A stretch of 64,000 nt of DNA from Methanobacteriota archaeon (GTDB lineage: Archaea > Thermoplasmatota > Poseidoniia > Poseidoniales > Poseidoniaceae). This document shows positions 41,037-50,901 of the stretch, one piece after another (the first letter of the stretch is position 1; each line of letters starts with the position of its first letter). The translations under genes were made by a program, and so were the position numbers. The notes below the pieces were generated by a model. It ran no database searches. It saw only the letters and a list, made by a program, of their open reading frames with translations, and had not been told where the DNA came from. The DNA lies in contig JAYQHX010000002.1 of assembly GCA_038141355.1 (NCBI GenBank), positions 933,900-997,899 of the forward strand, given 5' to 3'.

Positions 41037-43089
41037 ATGCGACCACTACTAGGTTGGCCAATTGCACTAATTTTTGCTTTCTTAGCAATTGGTGCCCACC
41101 TAAATGGCGATTTAGTTAACGACTGGGTACAAAAACACTCCATCACAGTTAACGAAGAAGAAATAGGACCAATAGTAGGTGCTCAAGAAAATGAAAATTG
41201 GTTCGTAGTTTTGATAGATTTTCCAGATCAAGCAGAATCAAATAATTGTAACTCAACAAAGGGCTTCAACATTAATTGATTCATCCGCTGAAGATTATTT
41301 CAAGCAAGGTGTTTTTCCAAACGGTAGTATAGAAATCACATATCATGAGAGAATAGTGACAACGAAATATGGTATGGCTGATTATGGTCATGATGAAAAT
41401 GGAGAAAACGACGTAGGTAGAAATGGGGTCAATCCACACACTCTAGCAGAGGAAGTTGTCGAAGAAATTTCTTCCGAAGTTGATTGGGAAAAATTCGACT
41501 TAAATGATGATGGATGGGTCGATAGATTCTTGATTCTGCACTGTATTAAACCGCAGGAGGACGGTAGCGGTTCACCCTCACGAATTTGGTCACACTTTTC
41601 AACAATCGAAAATATTGTAGAATTAGACGACAATATGAGAATAGCATATTACACAATTGCAAGCCAGTACAATTCGAATAATTTTGGAACTATAATACAT
41701 GAAATGTACCATCAATTCGGAGCTGCCGACCTCTATCCCGTTCACTCTTCTACAGTCACTCAGACATGGAAAGGTGTAGGTAAATGGGATATTATGGCAA
41801 GTGGAAATTGGAACGGAGATGGTGCGTGGCCTGCCTTACCAACTTCTGCAACTACCGAGTTAATTGGTGGAGAGCGGCATCATGACGTGGTCCTAGATTG
41901 GGCAGGAACCAGTTCATGTTCCGGGCCAAACGTCATCTTAACAGGACTAGCAGAGGGCGGAAATTCCCTGAAAATTCCTATCGCTGATGAAGAATTTATT
42001 TGGATTGAATACAGGAGCGATTATGGTTTTGATTCCCGATTACCAGGTAATGGGATTCTAGTTTTGCAACAGGACCTTAAAGCAGGTTCTGTAGAAGACA
42101 ATTTGGTTAATTCACATCCTGATAGACCATGGCTAAAAGTGATAGAAGCAGATGGAGATAATGGTTTGCTGAGCGGTGCCGATGAAGGTGAAGAATCAGA
42201 TCTATTTTGGGATGGAGACAAATTTGGTAGTGAAGGTATTGAAATTCGAAACAGAGACGGGGTTCTAGTGGATTGGGTAGCAAACATCTCGGTTAACTCC
42301 AGTGAAGTTATGGTGAAATTTTCTTCAGATGAATGTGGCCACCAATCCACATTTGATTTTCCAGATTATACATCGGTCCTAACCCCTGATGCTGGCATTG
42401 ATTTTACCGGGAAATGTTCTGGAGAAGAGTTCCAGTTAACTAGCTCTGATGGAAGAGGGATAATTGTTAATGAAAATAAAATCAAATTTGATACAAGTGG
42501 TATTGTAGGAGTCGTTGGAATTATTTCTGGCACAATAGAATGTGATACAGGCACAGCAATTGATTTGCGGCACGAATTCGAAATTTTGGGCAACATTCCG
42601 ATTGAATCATCGTATGAATCTAAAATTCCCTATGATAGAAATTCTGTAATTCAGGTCCCTATCGATACAATAGGTGGAGGGCAACAATCTTGGATAGTTG
42701 GAATTGAAGGAGCATTAGCAAGGATCGCATCAACTAGTCAATCGCAAACACTTGGACCGAAATCCTACATTGAAATTACAATAAATCACAATGAATTATT
42801 ATCTGAAGGAATGTTGGTTAGAGGTGAATTAATTCTCGCTACTGATTCTGGTCAACGCTACACTATTTCAATTGAGTTAACCGCTAGCAATCAAAAAACT
42901 TCAACAATCGACAATTTGACTGAGCCATCAACATTAGTGCCAATCGCCTTACTTCTCGTATCTTTATGGGTAGTATTGGGAATTGATTCACCTTCCAGGG
43001 AGGTGTCTTCGGAATTGGATGAAATTCCACTCGGTGGTTTTGAAAGCGATGACCCAGTTTTTATTGACCCCTTCGGCGAGTCTTACTGA
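41037..43089 (+). CDS. M6 family (immune inhibitor A-like) secreted metalloprotease (frameshift near 41260)
   Basis: VVLIDFPD, FDLNDDGWVD, IWSH, HEMYHQFGAADLY, WDIMASG, IEYR; C-terminal TM helix. Confidence 0.85.
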
Positions 43090-43932
43090 GAGGCATACGC
43101 CTTCCCAATTTGTTGAAACATCCCCAACCATTTGCATCAGCCATGGAGCGTGGTCTTCTTCTATTGGTGTTGAATAAACCCGCCACCGACAACCATACTT
43201 AAATCCGGGTCGGACTAACAAGCCTCTTGAATTTAGTTCAGAAAACAATTCACTTACTTCATCATCTTCGTTGTTTAACCAATTTTTTTCATCGCTTCTG
43301 TAAAATGTTCTCGAAAGATGTTCTATTCCGAGATTAGGATAGTTGTTTCTAGTAGCAGGAGTCAATCTTCCCTGAGGACTGACCAAAGAAACTCTATACA
43401 TGGTGACGTCCATTTCTTCATCAACGATAGCTATTTCAGCATTTCTTCCTGAATTGATGTCGTTGACCCAACTAATTATTGATTCAAGGTCGAATTGATC
43501 TTTTGACTTAAACCATTTTACTTCAGAAATAGGGTCCTCATTTATCGGATGGGTTTCTCTATTCCATAAAAGCCACTGATCGCCATCTCTTACTAATTTG
43601 TCACCTGAACTTCTTATTGTGTCATATGCAACAATTTGGTATACAAAATTTGGATTGGTTTCTAATTTTTCATCTATCCAATCTCGCGGTAATGGAATAT
43701 GCCTATGCCAATGACAGAACATCAATTCTTCATCACTGACAACAATTCCACCTGTTACTGGTTGTCCAATTGCTGATTTCTGATAGAGTCTACTAGCAAC
43801 TGGTTCTGATATAAACCAGCCATTATCCATTGGAGTAGGAATAGGATTTTTCTTTGAAGGTGAATTATCAGGAGAAAGTCCTAGAGGTCGCTTATTTCTA
43901 ACACGTGGTTTACTCTTTCTCCCTCCTGACAT
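42988..43932 (-). CDS. endA: tRNA-splicing endonuclease
   Basis: C-terminal catalytic unit RGLLVRPGFKYGCRWRVY...HAPW...RLAEGVNK (Tyr/His/Lys triad); degenerate N-terminal unit AIVDEEMDVTMY. Confidence 0.8.
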   Translation of the reverse strand: MSGGRKSKPRVRNKRPLGLSPDNSPSKKNPIPTPMDNGWFISEPVASRLYQKSAIGQPVTGGIVVSDEELMFCHWHRHIPLPRDWIDEKLETNPNFVYQIVAYDTIRSSGDKLVRDGDQWLLWNRETHPINEDPISEVKWFKSKDQFDLESIISWVNDINSGRNAEIAIVDEEMDVTMYRVSLVSPQGRLTPATRNNYPNLGIEHLSRTFYRSDEKNWLNNEDDEVSELFSELNSRGLLVRPGFKYGCRWRVYSTPIEEDHAPWLMQMVGDVSTNWEGVCLSVRLAEGVNKNWVIAFKTTEWNFIQFRRHLPGR

Positions 43933-44015
43933 GGTTTGCCGTAGGCGACCACTCTTATGTGCCTCCCCTTCTACGACGTAGCGGCGAGACCATGGTCGAT
44001 GGGTATCTTGGTACA

Positions 44016-44954
44016 ATGACAACGGAGGAACGTACTTTGTTGCATTTATTCGACAACCCATTGCCAGAAGGCCATTGGGAAGCTCCATTAACTGTCACAC
44101 AGGCAGGAATCTCTGCAGCAGTTCATGTTCAAAGAAAGCATGTTCCTAGAACCCTAAAACGATTAGAAAAGAATGATGAATTGGTGGCTAATCAAAGACA
44201 TGTCCCTGGTGCAAAGCAAAGAAGGATGGTGTATGGTTTAACTCCTAAAGGACGAGAGCGAGCAAGACTAATCCGAGAAAGAGTCTTGGCATTAATCGTT
44301 TACAAGGGTGAACAAAAAGTAGCACTAAGCACTTTAAGAAAGGGTGGACAATTCACTCTTGATTTGTTAGCACACTTAGACGAGGGTTTAGTTTTCCATG
44401 AACAACCTGTGATATCGCCAATATCTAATCCTGAGGGTACTGCATCTCTAGATGCACAGGCAGGCGAGGATTTGATTCGTAGGTTGTTTGCTAGGGCGTG
44501 GGAAGATGGTAAAATTACCAAAGACGAGCAGTATTTACTCAACGAGGTGGTTGATTTTATCGGCATTCATCCCAAAAGAGTAATGAGAATATCTGAAGAA
44601 GCAAGAAAAACACAAAATGCACCTCCTCCTGAAGATGTTTATCTAGAAATGCTTCGTCAAGCCTTGTATGATGGTGAGATTTTAGATGATGAAATTGCGT
44701 TATTACAAACAATGAGAAATTCATTTGGTATAGATGATGAAACACATCATGAATTACTCAACCTTGCAAAACAAGCTCCAATTCTTGATGAAGCGACTTC
44801 AACCTATCGCTCAACCCTAATTACTGCTTTAGAGGATGGAATGATAACAAATGATGAAGCAGCAATGTTAGCAACTTTAAGGAAAAGCCTTGCGATAAGT
44901 GATGCAACACATGCGACTCTTTTGGCTGAATTACTCGATAGCAATGAAACATAG
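44016..44954 (+). CDS. Winged-HTH protein with TerB-like helical repeats
   Basis: TQAGIS..VHVQRKHVPRTLKRL...YGLTPKG; three A..DG.I..DE..LL repeats. Confidence 0.7.
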   Translation: MTTEERTLLHLFDNPLPEGHWEAPLTVTQAGISAAVHVQRKHVPRTLKRLEKNDELVANQRHVPGAKQRRMVYGLTPKGRERARLIRERVLALIVYKGEQKVALSTLRKGGQFTLDLLAHLDEGLVFHEQPVISPISNPEGTASLDAQAGEDLIRRLFARAWEDGKITKDEQYLLNEVVDFIGIHPKRVMRISEEARKTQNAPPPEDVYLEMLRQALYDGEILDDEIALLQTMRNSFGIDDETHHELLNLAKQAPILDEATSTYRSTLITALEDGMITNDEAAMLATLRKSLAISDATHATLLAELLDSNET

Positions 44955-44962
44955 GTGATAAA

Positions 44963-46015
44963 ATGGGAATGAATGACGAGCAACATGAAACACACGACAG
45001 GCTAACTAACTTGCAGGAAAGTGTGAAGAATTTAACTGGTAATGTCGTGCTAGTTGGAGATATTATGTTGGATAGGTATATCCACGGTTATGCGAACGAT
45101 CTCAACTCTCGAGCACCAGTTCCTGTTCTAAAAGAAACAAAGCGATATGACGACGTTGGAGCAGCAGCACACGTCGCAAGAGGTTTGGGAAATATCGGTT
45201 TAGATGCGACTTTATTTGGAGTTATAGGTGGCGATTCATCAGGGCAAACAATTCTAGAAGCGCTCAGTGATGAGCAGGTAAATTGCAATGGAATCACAAC
45301 AATTCCTGACAGGATTACAACTGTTAAAACACGCTTAATTGCTGGTAGGGAATACTTGATTTCTAATCAACAACTGCTGTTGAGATGGGACATTGAAGAT
45401 GATTCACAAATAAATGTCGAAATACTAAACTCATTGGCAGATAAAGCCGTATCGGAAATAGCAAATTGTGATGTACTAATAATATCTGATTATGGACAAG
45501 GAGTAGTAACTGATGAAAATGCTCCTCGCTTAATTAATGCTGCAAAGTTAGCCAATGTTCCTGTAATATGTGACCCCAAGTTGACTGGACTGCATAGAAT
45601 AGCAGGTGCGGATTGGGTAATTTTCCAAACAAGAGGTTTAGACTTGATGGCCAAAAGAATGGCATGTAATGATTCTTCTGAGGCAGCAAAATTACTGTTG
45701 AATGAAAATGACTGGAGTCATTTAATGGTTGTCCAGGGAGAACACGGTGTAACGGTCTATACAAAGTCTGGTGAGGTTGTCTCGGTCCCCTGTACACTTT
45801 CCGACCCAAGAGGGGTGATTGGTATAATTGATGCTGCGGCTGTTGCTGTAGCCGCGGGTGTAAAACTTGGCATTGGCGTAAAAGACATTGCACATCTTGC
45901 AAATGCAGCATGTGAGTGTATTATGAGCGGAACTCAAAACTTCACATTGACTGATAGGGACCTCGCAAACCGCTTGGGAGAAATCGCTTGGAGTCTACAA
46001 ATTTCACAGAGGTGA
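44963..46015 (+). CDS. PfkB-family kinase, RfaE/HldE domain I-like
   Basis: VGDIMLDRYIHG, APVPVL, GAAAHVA, TTVKTR, QQLLLRWD.E, ISDYGQGV, DPK. Confidence 0.8.
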   Translation: MGMNDEQHETHDRLTNLQESVKNLTGNVVLVGDIMLDRYIHGYANDLNSRAPVPVLKETKRYDDVGAAAHVARGLGNIGLDATLFGVIGGDSSGQTILEALSDEQVNCNGITTIPDRITTVKTRLIAGREYLISNQQLLLRWDIEDDSQINVEILNSLADKAVSEIANCDVLIISDYGQGVVTDENAPRLINAAKLANVPVICDPKLTGLHRIAGADWVIFQTRGLDLMAKRMACNDSSEAAKLLLNENDWSHLMVVQGEHGVTVYTKSGEVVSVPCTLSDPRGVIGIIDAAAVAVAAGVKLGIGVKDIAHLANAACECIMSGTQNFTLTDRDLANRLGEIAWSLQISQR

Positions 46016-46019
46016 AGTT

Positions 46020-46487
46020 TTGAGTTATTGGCAAAGACCAACAACTGCCGACATCGGAATCCGAGCATTTGGTATGAATGCTAATGATTTGCTGAAAGAA
46101 TTGACCCTTGGGATGCAATCAATTATTGTGTCAAGTGAACAAGACCTTAACTCCAAAACAAGAACTGCTAGATACTGGGAAGTAAAACACGAAGGAGATT
46201 TAGAAATATTAGTATTGAAATGGTTGGATGAGGTTTTATTTCAACTTGAGGTGAACGATTTGTTTCTTGTTGATTGTCAACCAATGATCAAAGAAAATAT
46301 GATTCAAGCCCAAGTCTCAACAATACCCAAATTCGAAGTTGATTTCGAGCTGGAAATTAAGGCAGTAATATCTCATGAATTTTGTTTTAGAAAAATTGCC
46401 GAAAAAGAAATTATCTCTTCAGAATGGATAGAAGTTCCTACTTTTGAAGGCCCTGGTTGGTATTGTGATGTAGTCTTTGACATCTAA
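46020..46487 (+). CDS. Archease
   Basis: TADIGIRAFG, LKWLDEVLF, EIKAV..H, C-terminal VFDI. Confidence 0.88.
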   Translation: MSYWQRPTTADIGIRAFGMNANDLLKELTLGMQSIIVSSEQDLNSKTRTARYWEVKHEGDLEILVLKWLDEVLFQLEVNDLFLVDCQPMIKENMIQAQVSTIPKFEVDFELEIKAVISHEFCFRKIAEKEIISSEWIEVPTFEGPGWYCDVVFDI

Positions 46488-46514
46488 TCAATTTGATAAT
46501 CCAGAATATACAAT

Positions 46515-47193
46515 CTATATAATTGTATCATCCACTGTGTCCAAATAATGAACTCCTGTATTCTTGTGCCCGGAGTAAAATTTAATCCATAATATATCAT
46601 TTGTTTTGATGCTGATATCAAGTTTTAAATCGCATTCAGTGAACTGTTCTATGAAGATAAACTTTACATTTTTGTTTATGCTCTTAATTAATGTTATGAC
46701 CTCAGAAAAACTTTCCAAACTTTGAGGGAATGAAGGCATCATTGAATCGACGAAACCATTGTACCATTCCTTTCTCTTTTCGTACTCGTTAACCACAGTC
46801 ATGACAAAAACAGTAGGTTCGCCTCTATCAATTATGTCTAGAAACCTTTCAATGACCCGCTTATAGTAAGAATAATCTTCTTCGCTTTTAACCGGATTCC
46901 TATGATTAAAAAACTACTGTGGTATAATTTATTACCTGCTTTTTCCCCTAGCGAAATAATGTTTCTCTTGTCAATAAATGATTCAAACCTATCATTTATG
47001 GCATCTACTACTATTTTTTGTGATGAAAAAATCCAATCGAAAGGATAGGACGCTTCCTTGTTACCTGTCTCCTTCAAATACCATGATGAGTTACAATTCT
47101 GTCCTAGTGAAACCAAAGTGTATTTTTGTTGTCCTTTCCATTCAGAAATTTCGTTTTTAATAGAAATAGCCTTGAAGACAATCTCCTGTTCAT
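46515..47193 (-). CDS. DUF1796-like putative papain-like peptidase, broken by frameshifts
   Basis: SLGQNC..SWYLK..G....SYPFDWIFS motif in ORF 46838-47116; continues in 46515-46802; very AT-rich; start uncertain. Confidence 0.55.
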
Positions 47194-47194
47194 T

Positions 47195-47653
47195 TTAACT
47201 GAAACTAGGAATTGAGAGGTCGTCTTTTGCCTCTCTAGTGGCCAAAATTCCGAGTAGTAGCCCGATCGGCCCTAGCATCATACAAAATAGCAAAACAGGC
47301 ATTGAAATTTGGATTGGTCGATTGGTAGCTAACATTCTCATCCAAATGTACCTACCAGAAAAAGTGTCCATAACTAGAAAATGTAGCCATGCCAAGATAA
47401 TCATTTCATCATCAGAAAATAAATCTATCACAATTTGAGGAGTTGGCATTTCTGTTCCTAAACTAGATAAAACATTCAATAGATTTGGAATTAGCAAGAT
47501 AGCATAAGAAAGTGCTAATGGAAACACGCAAAAACGCAAATCACCAACTATTTTCTTTGTCAATTTATGATTTGGCATAAACCACATTAAACCCCATAAT
47601 GGAATTATAGTAATACTTGAAAACCAAAAAGTGACTAAGACAATTGTATCCAT
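47195..47653 (-). CDS. ABA4-like / DUF4281 membrane protein
   Basis: W.LM.F.P....T, AWLHFLVMD.F.GR, MLGPIGLL. Confidence 0.75.
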   Translation of the reverse strand: MDTIVLVTFWFSSITIIPLWGLMWFMPNHKLTKKIVGDLRFCVFPLALSYAILLIPNLLNVLSSLGTEMPTPQIVIDLFSDDEMIILAWLHFLVMDTFSGRYIWMRMLATNRPIQISMPVLLFCMMLGPIGLLLGILATREAKDDLSIPSFS

Positions 47654-47751
47654 AGCCCTTCTTAATGTGGTAGGGTTTCTAAAGTTTGTTTGAAATTGTA
47701 ACAAAAATTTGGCCAAAAACAACTATTAATTGTCATATCAAGTAGAAACGC

Positions 47752-48570
47752 ATGGCAACCGCACCATGGATATTGAAGACGTTTCAAATTGACCAAACGG
47801 GCCAAACAGGAGCACATTTGTACATTGAAGCCAGACAACCAGGATTGATCGCATTCATACTGAATATTATCGGATTAGATCCAACAGCACAACTCAAAGT
47901 CACCAGAGGAGCGGTTAGTTTCCGTTCTACCAGTCTATCTGGTATGACAGAAACATCTACTGCTTTGACACAAATAGGTTCTTTTCAAGGCGGATATTCA
48001 AAACCAATTGAATTATTGTTTGGAGCATTATTTTTCATGATTGTAGGATTAATTGTTGGTATATCATTTGAGGAGATGACATTTTTCACAATAGGCCTTG
48101 TAATCGCAGGGATTTGTGTAATAGCATACGCCTTACAAAAGAATCTCTCATTCGGATTTGAAACATCTGGTGGTGCCTATTACGGTATGGCATTCAAACG
48201 AGGTGTGCTAAATAATGTAAGTGTGGATATCAAGCAAGTTGAAATCGCTCTTCAACTTGTGAACACATTAATTGGGGCTGCATCATTAGGAGGGTCATAT
48301 CAATTAACAGATAATGTACAAAGAGTTGCATCACAAACCACTATTCAGGTTCAAGCACCTCAATCCTCTGCAACTCCTACGACTCAAGCGACTCAGGTTG
48401 CCGCTCAGGTAGCCGCTCAGCCTGCCACTCAAACTGCTACTCAGCCTGCCACATACGTGACCGATGTTCAAAATCAACAGCCTTTAGTCGAAAGTTCCCC
48501 ACCTCAACAGGAGATTTACATGAATCAACCAGAACAAGTTGCTGCACCACAAGAATATCAGCAACTGTGA
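47752..48570 (+). CDS. Hypothetical membrane protein with Gln/Ala/Thr/Pro-rich tail
   Basis: 272-aa ORF with a TM hairpin and low-complexity C-terminus. Confidence 0.7.
   Translation: MATAPWILKTFQIDQTGQTGAHLYIEARQPGLIAFILNIIGLDPTAQLKVTRGAVSFRSTSLSGMTETSTALTQIGSFQGGYSKPIELLFGALFFMIVGLIVGISFEEMTFFTIGLVIAGICVIAYALQKNLSFGFETSGGAYYGMAFKRGVLNNVSVDIKQVEIALQLVNTLIGAASLGGSYQLTDNVQRVASQTTIQVQAPQSSATPTTQATQVAAQVAAQPATQTATQPATYVTDVQNQQPLVESSPPQQEIYMNQPEQVAAPQEYQQL
48388..48453 (+). repeat. In-frame 12-bp tandem repeat (about 5.5 copies)
   Basis: GCGACTCAGGTT GCCGCTCAGGTA GCCGCTCAGCCT GCCACTCAAACT GCTACTCAGCCT GCCACA. Confidence 0.8.
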
Positions 48571-48577
48571 ATAAAAG

Positions 48578-48896
48578 TGGGAAGGCCAAAAGTGGACCCT
48601 CGTATCCATGAACCAAATCCACAGACTTTCTCCATCCCGTTACCCCACGGCACCCATGGCCCCAGGTAGGGCTGCTCCGTTCCCGGCCTGACCTGTTCCC
48701 CCGGTTATCCAATTCCCGACTCCTTCCGGCTTCGGTTCTTGACACCCGAGTCACGTGGGGGCGAGACATCAACGTCCGCCTGTGGGAATCCATGAACCGG
48801 CTGAGCCGCCTCTTGGCGTTCGGACCGCCATATGCGATTTGCGGATGAGGGCACGCAAACTCCCCTCCTATCCCATCAGGCCGTATAGCCTTACCA
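48578..48896 (-). ncRNA. ffs: Archaeal SRP (7S) RNA
   Basis: GC-rich island of about 320 nt; helix-8 motif CAGGTCAGGCCGGGAACGGAGCAGCCCTACCTG; complementary ends (AAGGCTA/TGGCCTT); T-tract after the 3' end. Confidence 0.9.
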
Positions 48897-48918
48897 TTTT
48901 GAACCCACCGTAAGGGTT

Positions 48919-49302
48919 TCATTCGGCTTCTTCGTATTTTGATGGACAACTTGTCTTGATGACCTCAGCTTCAAATGTCCAAATACCATTGTAATTAATC
49001 AAAACTCCTTCGGCATATACTGTTCGATTATCTGCCAACCCATTTGAGACGGATGCTTTACTAAAGTCGACTATTAATTGAGAATCTTCACCATGAATAA
49101 TGAATGTATTATTTTGTTCATCGATACTAAAATCTAAGACTTCTCCTCGAATTGCTATCTCTTTACCCTCGAGATCATTTGGTGAATCCATGACCTCGTC
49201 TACTGACCGTGTTGCTTCAGGTGTTTGTAGAAGCAAAGTCGATCCAAGGGCTACAGTTAATGCTGCTCCAATCAATAATAACCTAGTTCGATGTGTCAAC
49301 AT
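48919..49302 (-). CDS. ccmE: Cytochrome c maturation heme chaperone CcmE, Cys variant
   Basis: N-terminal TM helix, IAIRGEV OB-fold, F.A..I.TSCPSKYE (CxxxY in place of HxxxY). Confidence 0.8.
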   Translation of the reverse strand: MLTHRTRLLLIGAALTVALGSTLLLQTPEATRSVDEVMDSPNDLEGKEIAIRGEVLDFSIDEQNNTFIIHGEDSQLIVDFSKASVSNGLADNRTVYAEGVLINYNGIWTFEAEVIKTSCPSKYEEAE

Positions 49303-49303
49303 T

Positions 49304-50371
49304 TCAAATCCTCCTGGCACTACCTACTACGTCTGAGAGTTTTTCATAGCCTTCTAATTTCATTTTTTTATCAATTCCGTTGACAATATCCTTGATTACA
49401 GCAGGGCCTTGAAATACCAAGGAAGAATATAGTTGGATTAAACTAGCACCATTAGAAATTTTTTCCCACGCGTCATTTGAATTAGAAATACCCCCAACGC
49501 CGATAATCGGCCAATCACCATCCGTATGGTCTGCAATCAAGCGAATTACTTCTGTCGATCTATCCCTCAAAGGTGAGCCTGACAAACCTCCTGTTTCATC
49601 CATAATTCCACCTGCGCTCGGTCTAGATGTCGTTGTGTTGGTTGCGATAATACCACTGCAGCTAAGTTCCCTTGCAGTATTTACTATTGATTTGATTTGG
49701 TTATCTTCTAAGTCTGGAGAAATTTTCACCAGAACTGGTTTGTTTGAAGAATATTTTTTCACTTCGTTAATTATTCTAGCGAGATCTTCGTCTTTTTGTA
49801 AATCTCTCAAATTTGGAGTATTTGGTGATGAGACATTTATGACAAAGCCATCAACAAAATCTCCGCATTTCTTCACAGTATCTGCATAATCCAAATGCGC
49901 ATCTTCTAATGATGTCGTCTTAGATTTTCCAACATTGAGGAAAACTGGAATTTTTGGTATGTAGGTCGATTGTAGATGTGTACTCATTTCATCATTTCCG
50001 GGGTTATTGAATCCCATACGATTAATCAAAGCACCTTGCTTCATATCACGAAACATCCTTGGTTTAGGATTTCCCGATTGCTTTTGTTGAGTAATTCCAC
50101 CAACTTCAATAAATCCAAAACCTAGGTTTTCCCAGCCACGCATTGCTTCCGCTTTCTTATCCATGCCTGCAGCCAAACCAAGCGGATTTGAAAATTCTAA
50201 ATCAAAAACCTCAGTCTTCACAATTTTAGGTTTATACAAAATTCTCAATAGAAGTCTGGTGAGTATAAACCAACTAGTAATTTTTAATCCTGTGATTGCC
50301 CTTCCATGGGCTTTTTCACTATTTTGCAATGAAAGAATCGGACGGGCCAATAATTTGTATCCGATTCCCAT
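49304..50371 (-). CDS. pyrD: Quinone-dependent dihydroorotate dehydrogenase (class 2)
   Basis: NPLGLAAGMDK, GNPKPRMFR, INRMGFNN, INVSSPNTPNLR, KISPD, GGLSG. Confidence 0.95.
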   Translation of the reverse strand: MGIGYKLLARPILSLQNSEKAHGRAITGLKITSWFILTRLLLRILYKPKIVKTEVFDLEFSNPLGLAAGMDKKAEAMRGWENLGFGFIEVGGITQQKQSGNPKPRMFRDMKQGALINRMGFNNPGNDEMSTHLQSTYIPKIPVFLNVGKSKTTSLEDAHLDYADTVKKCGDFVDGFVINVSSPNTPNLRDLQKDEDLARIINEVKKYSSNKPVLVKISPDLEDNQIKSIVNTARELSCSGIIATNTTTSRPSAGGIMDETGGLSGSPLRDRSTEVIRLIADHTDGDWPIIGVGGISNSNDAWEKISNGASLIQLYSSLVFQGPAVIKDIVNGIDKKMKLEGYEKLSDVVGSARRI

Positions 50372-50414
50372 GAAATAGATGCCATAAGCCGTATTCTTCA
50401 AATCTTGCCCTAAT

Positions 50415-50813
50415 TTGGATAGTAATGTGCAAATAACTGACCCCAGGTGGCCATCGCTAAGAGAGGCTGCAAGACGATTCTTGCGCACAGAGGGATGTAA
50501 TTTACAAGTTTCTATTGAGAATATCAAAGAAGCCAATGAGATAGTCCAAGCAATAGCAGACCACATTCCTGCTAGGCTAAATTTACCGGTAATATCTGTT
50601 GGCTTGTTATCTTCTGAAGGACTTTTTCAAATAGGCGCACATGAGCCTGAAATTGACATTTGTTGGGTTCCAGACGCAACTTGGACAGATTTCAAATCAC
50701 AAGTTATTGAATTATTAGAGGCGGGTTATCCCGGTTGTATTGGATGCGGAGGTCCAGGCTCAGAAGGTGTATGGAATGAATCAGCCCGCAGGCAAGAAAT
50801 GTTAGGGTATTAG
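50415..50813 (+). CDS. Hypothetical protein with CxxC motif
   Basis: 132-aa ORF divergent from pyrD; GYPGCIGCGG. Confidence 0.6.
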   Translation: MDSNVQITDPRWPSLREAARRFLRTEGCNLQVSIENIKEANEIVQAIADHIPARLNLPVISVGLLSSEGLFQIGAHEPEIDICWVPDATWTDFKSQVIELLEAGYPGCIGCGGPGSEGVWNESARRQEMLGY

Positions 50814-50828
50814 TTTGTCGATTTTTTT

Positions 50829-50848
50829 ACAGTTACTTTAGTAACTGT
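50829..50848. promoter_or_regulatory. Palindrome upstream of topB
   Basis: Perfect ACAGTTACT-TT-AGTAACTGT ending about 54 nt before the ATG. Confidence 0.5.
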
Positions 50849-50901
50849 GTCAAAATCTCAGAAAACGAGACTTCAAGTATCGCCGATTTTCCCCTTGATT
50901 C

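Noticed and set aside
47684..47720. Short inverted repeats (TTTGTT..AACAAA, TTTGGCCAAA) in a divergent promoter region
   Set aside because: Too short and AT-rich to distinguish from chance.
48437..48949. 170-aa Arg-rich minus-strand ORF in a GC-rich island
   Set aside because: It is explained by the SRP RNA; the ORF is a by-product of high GC content.
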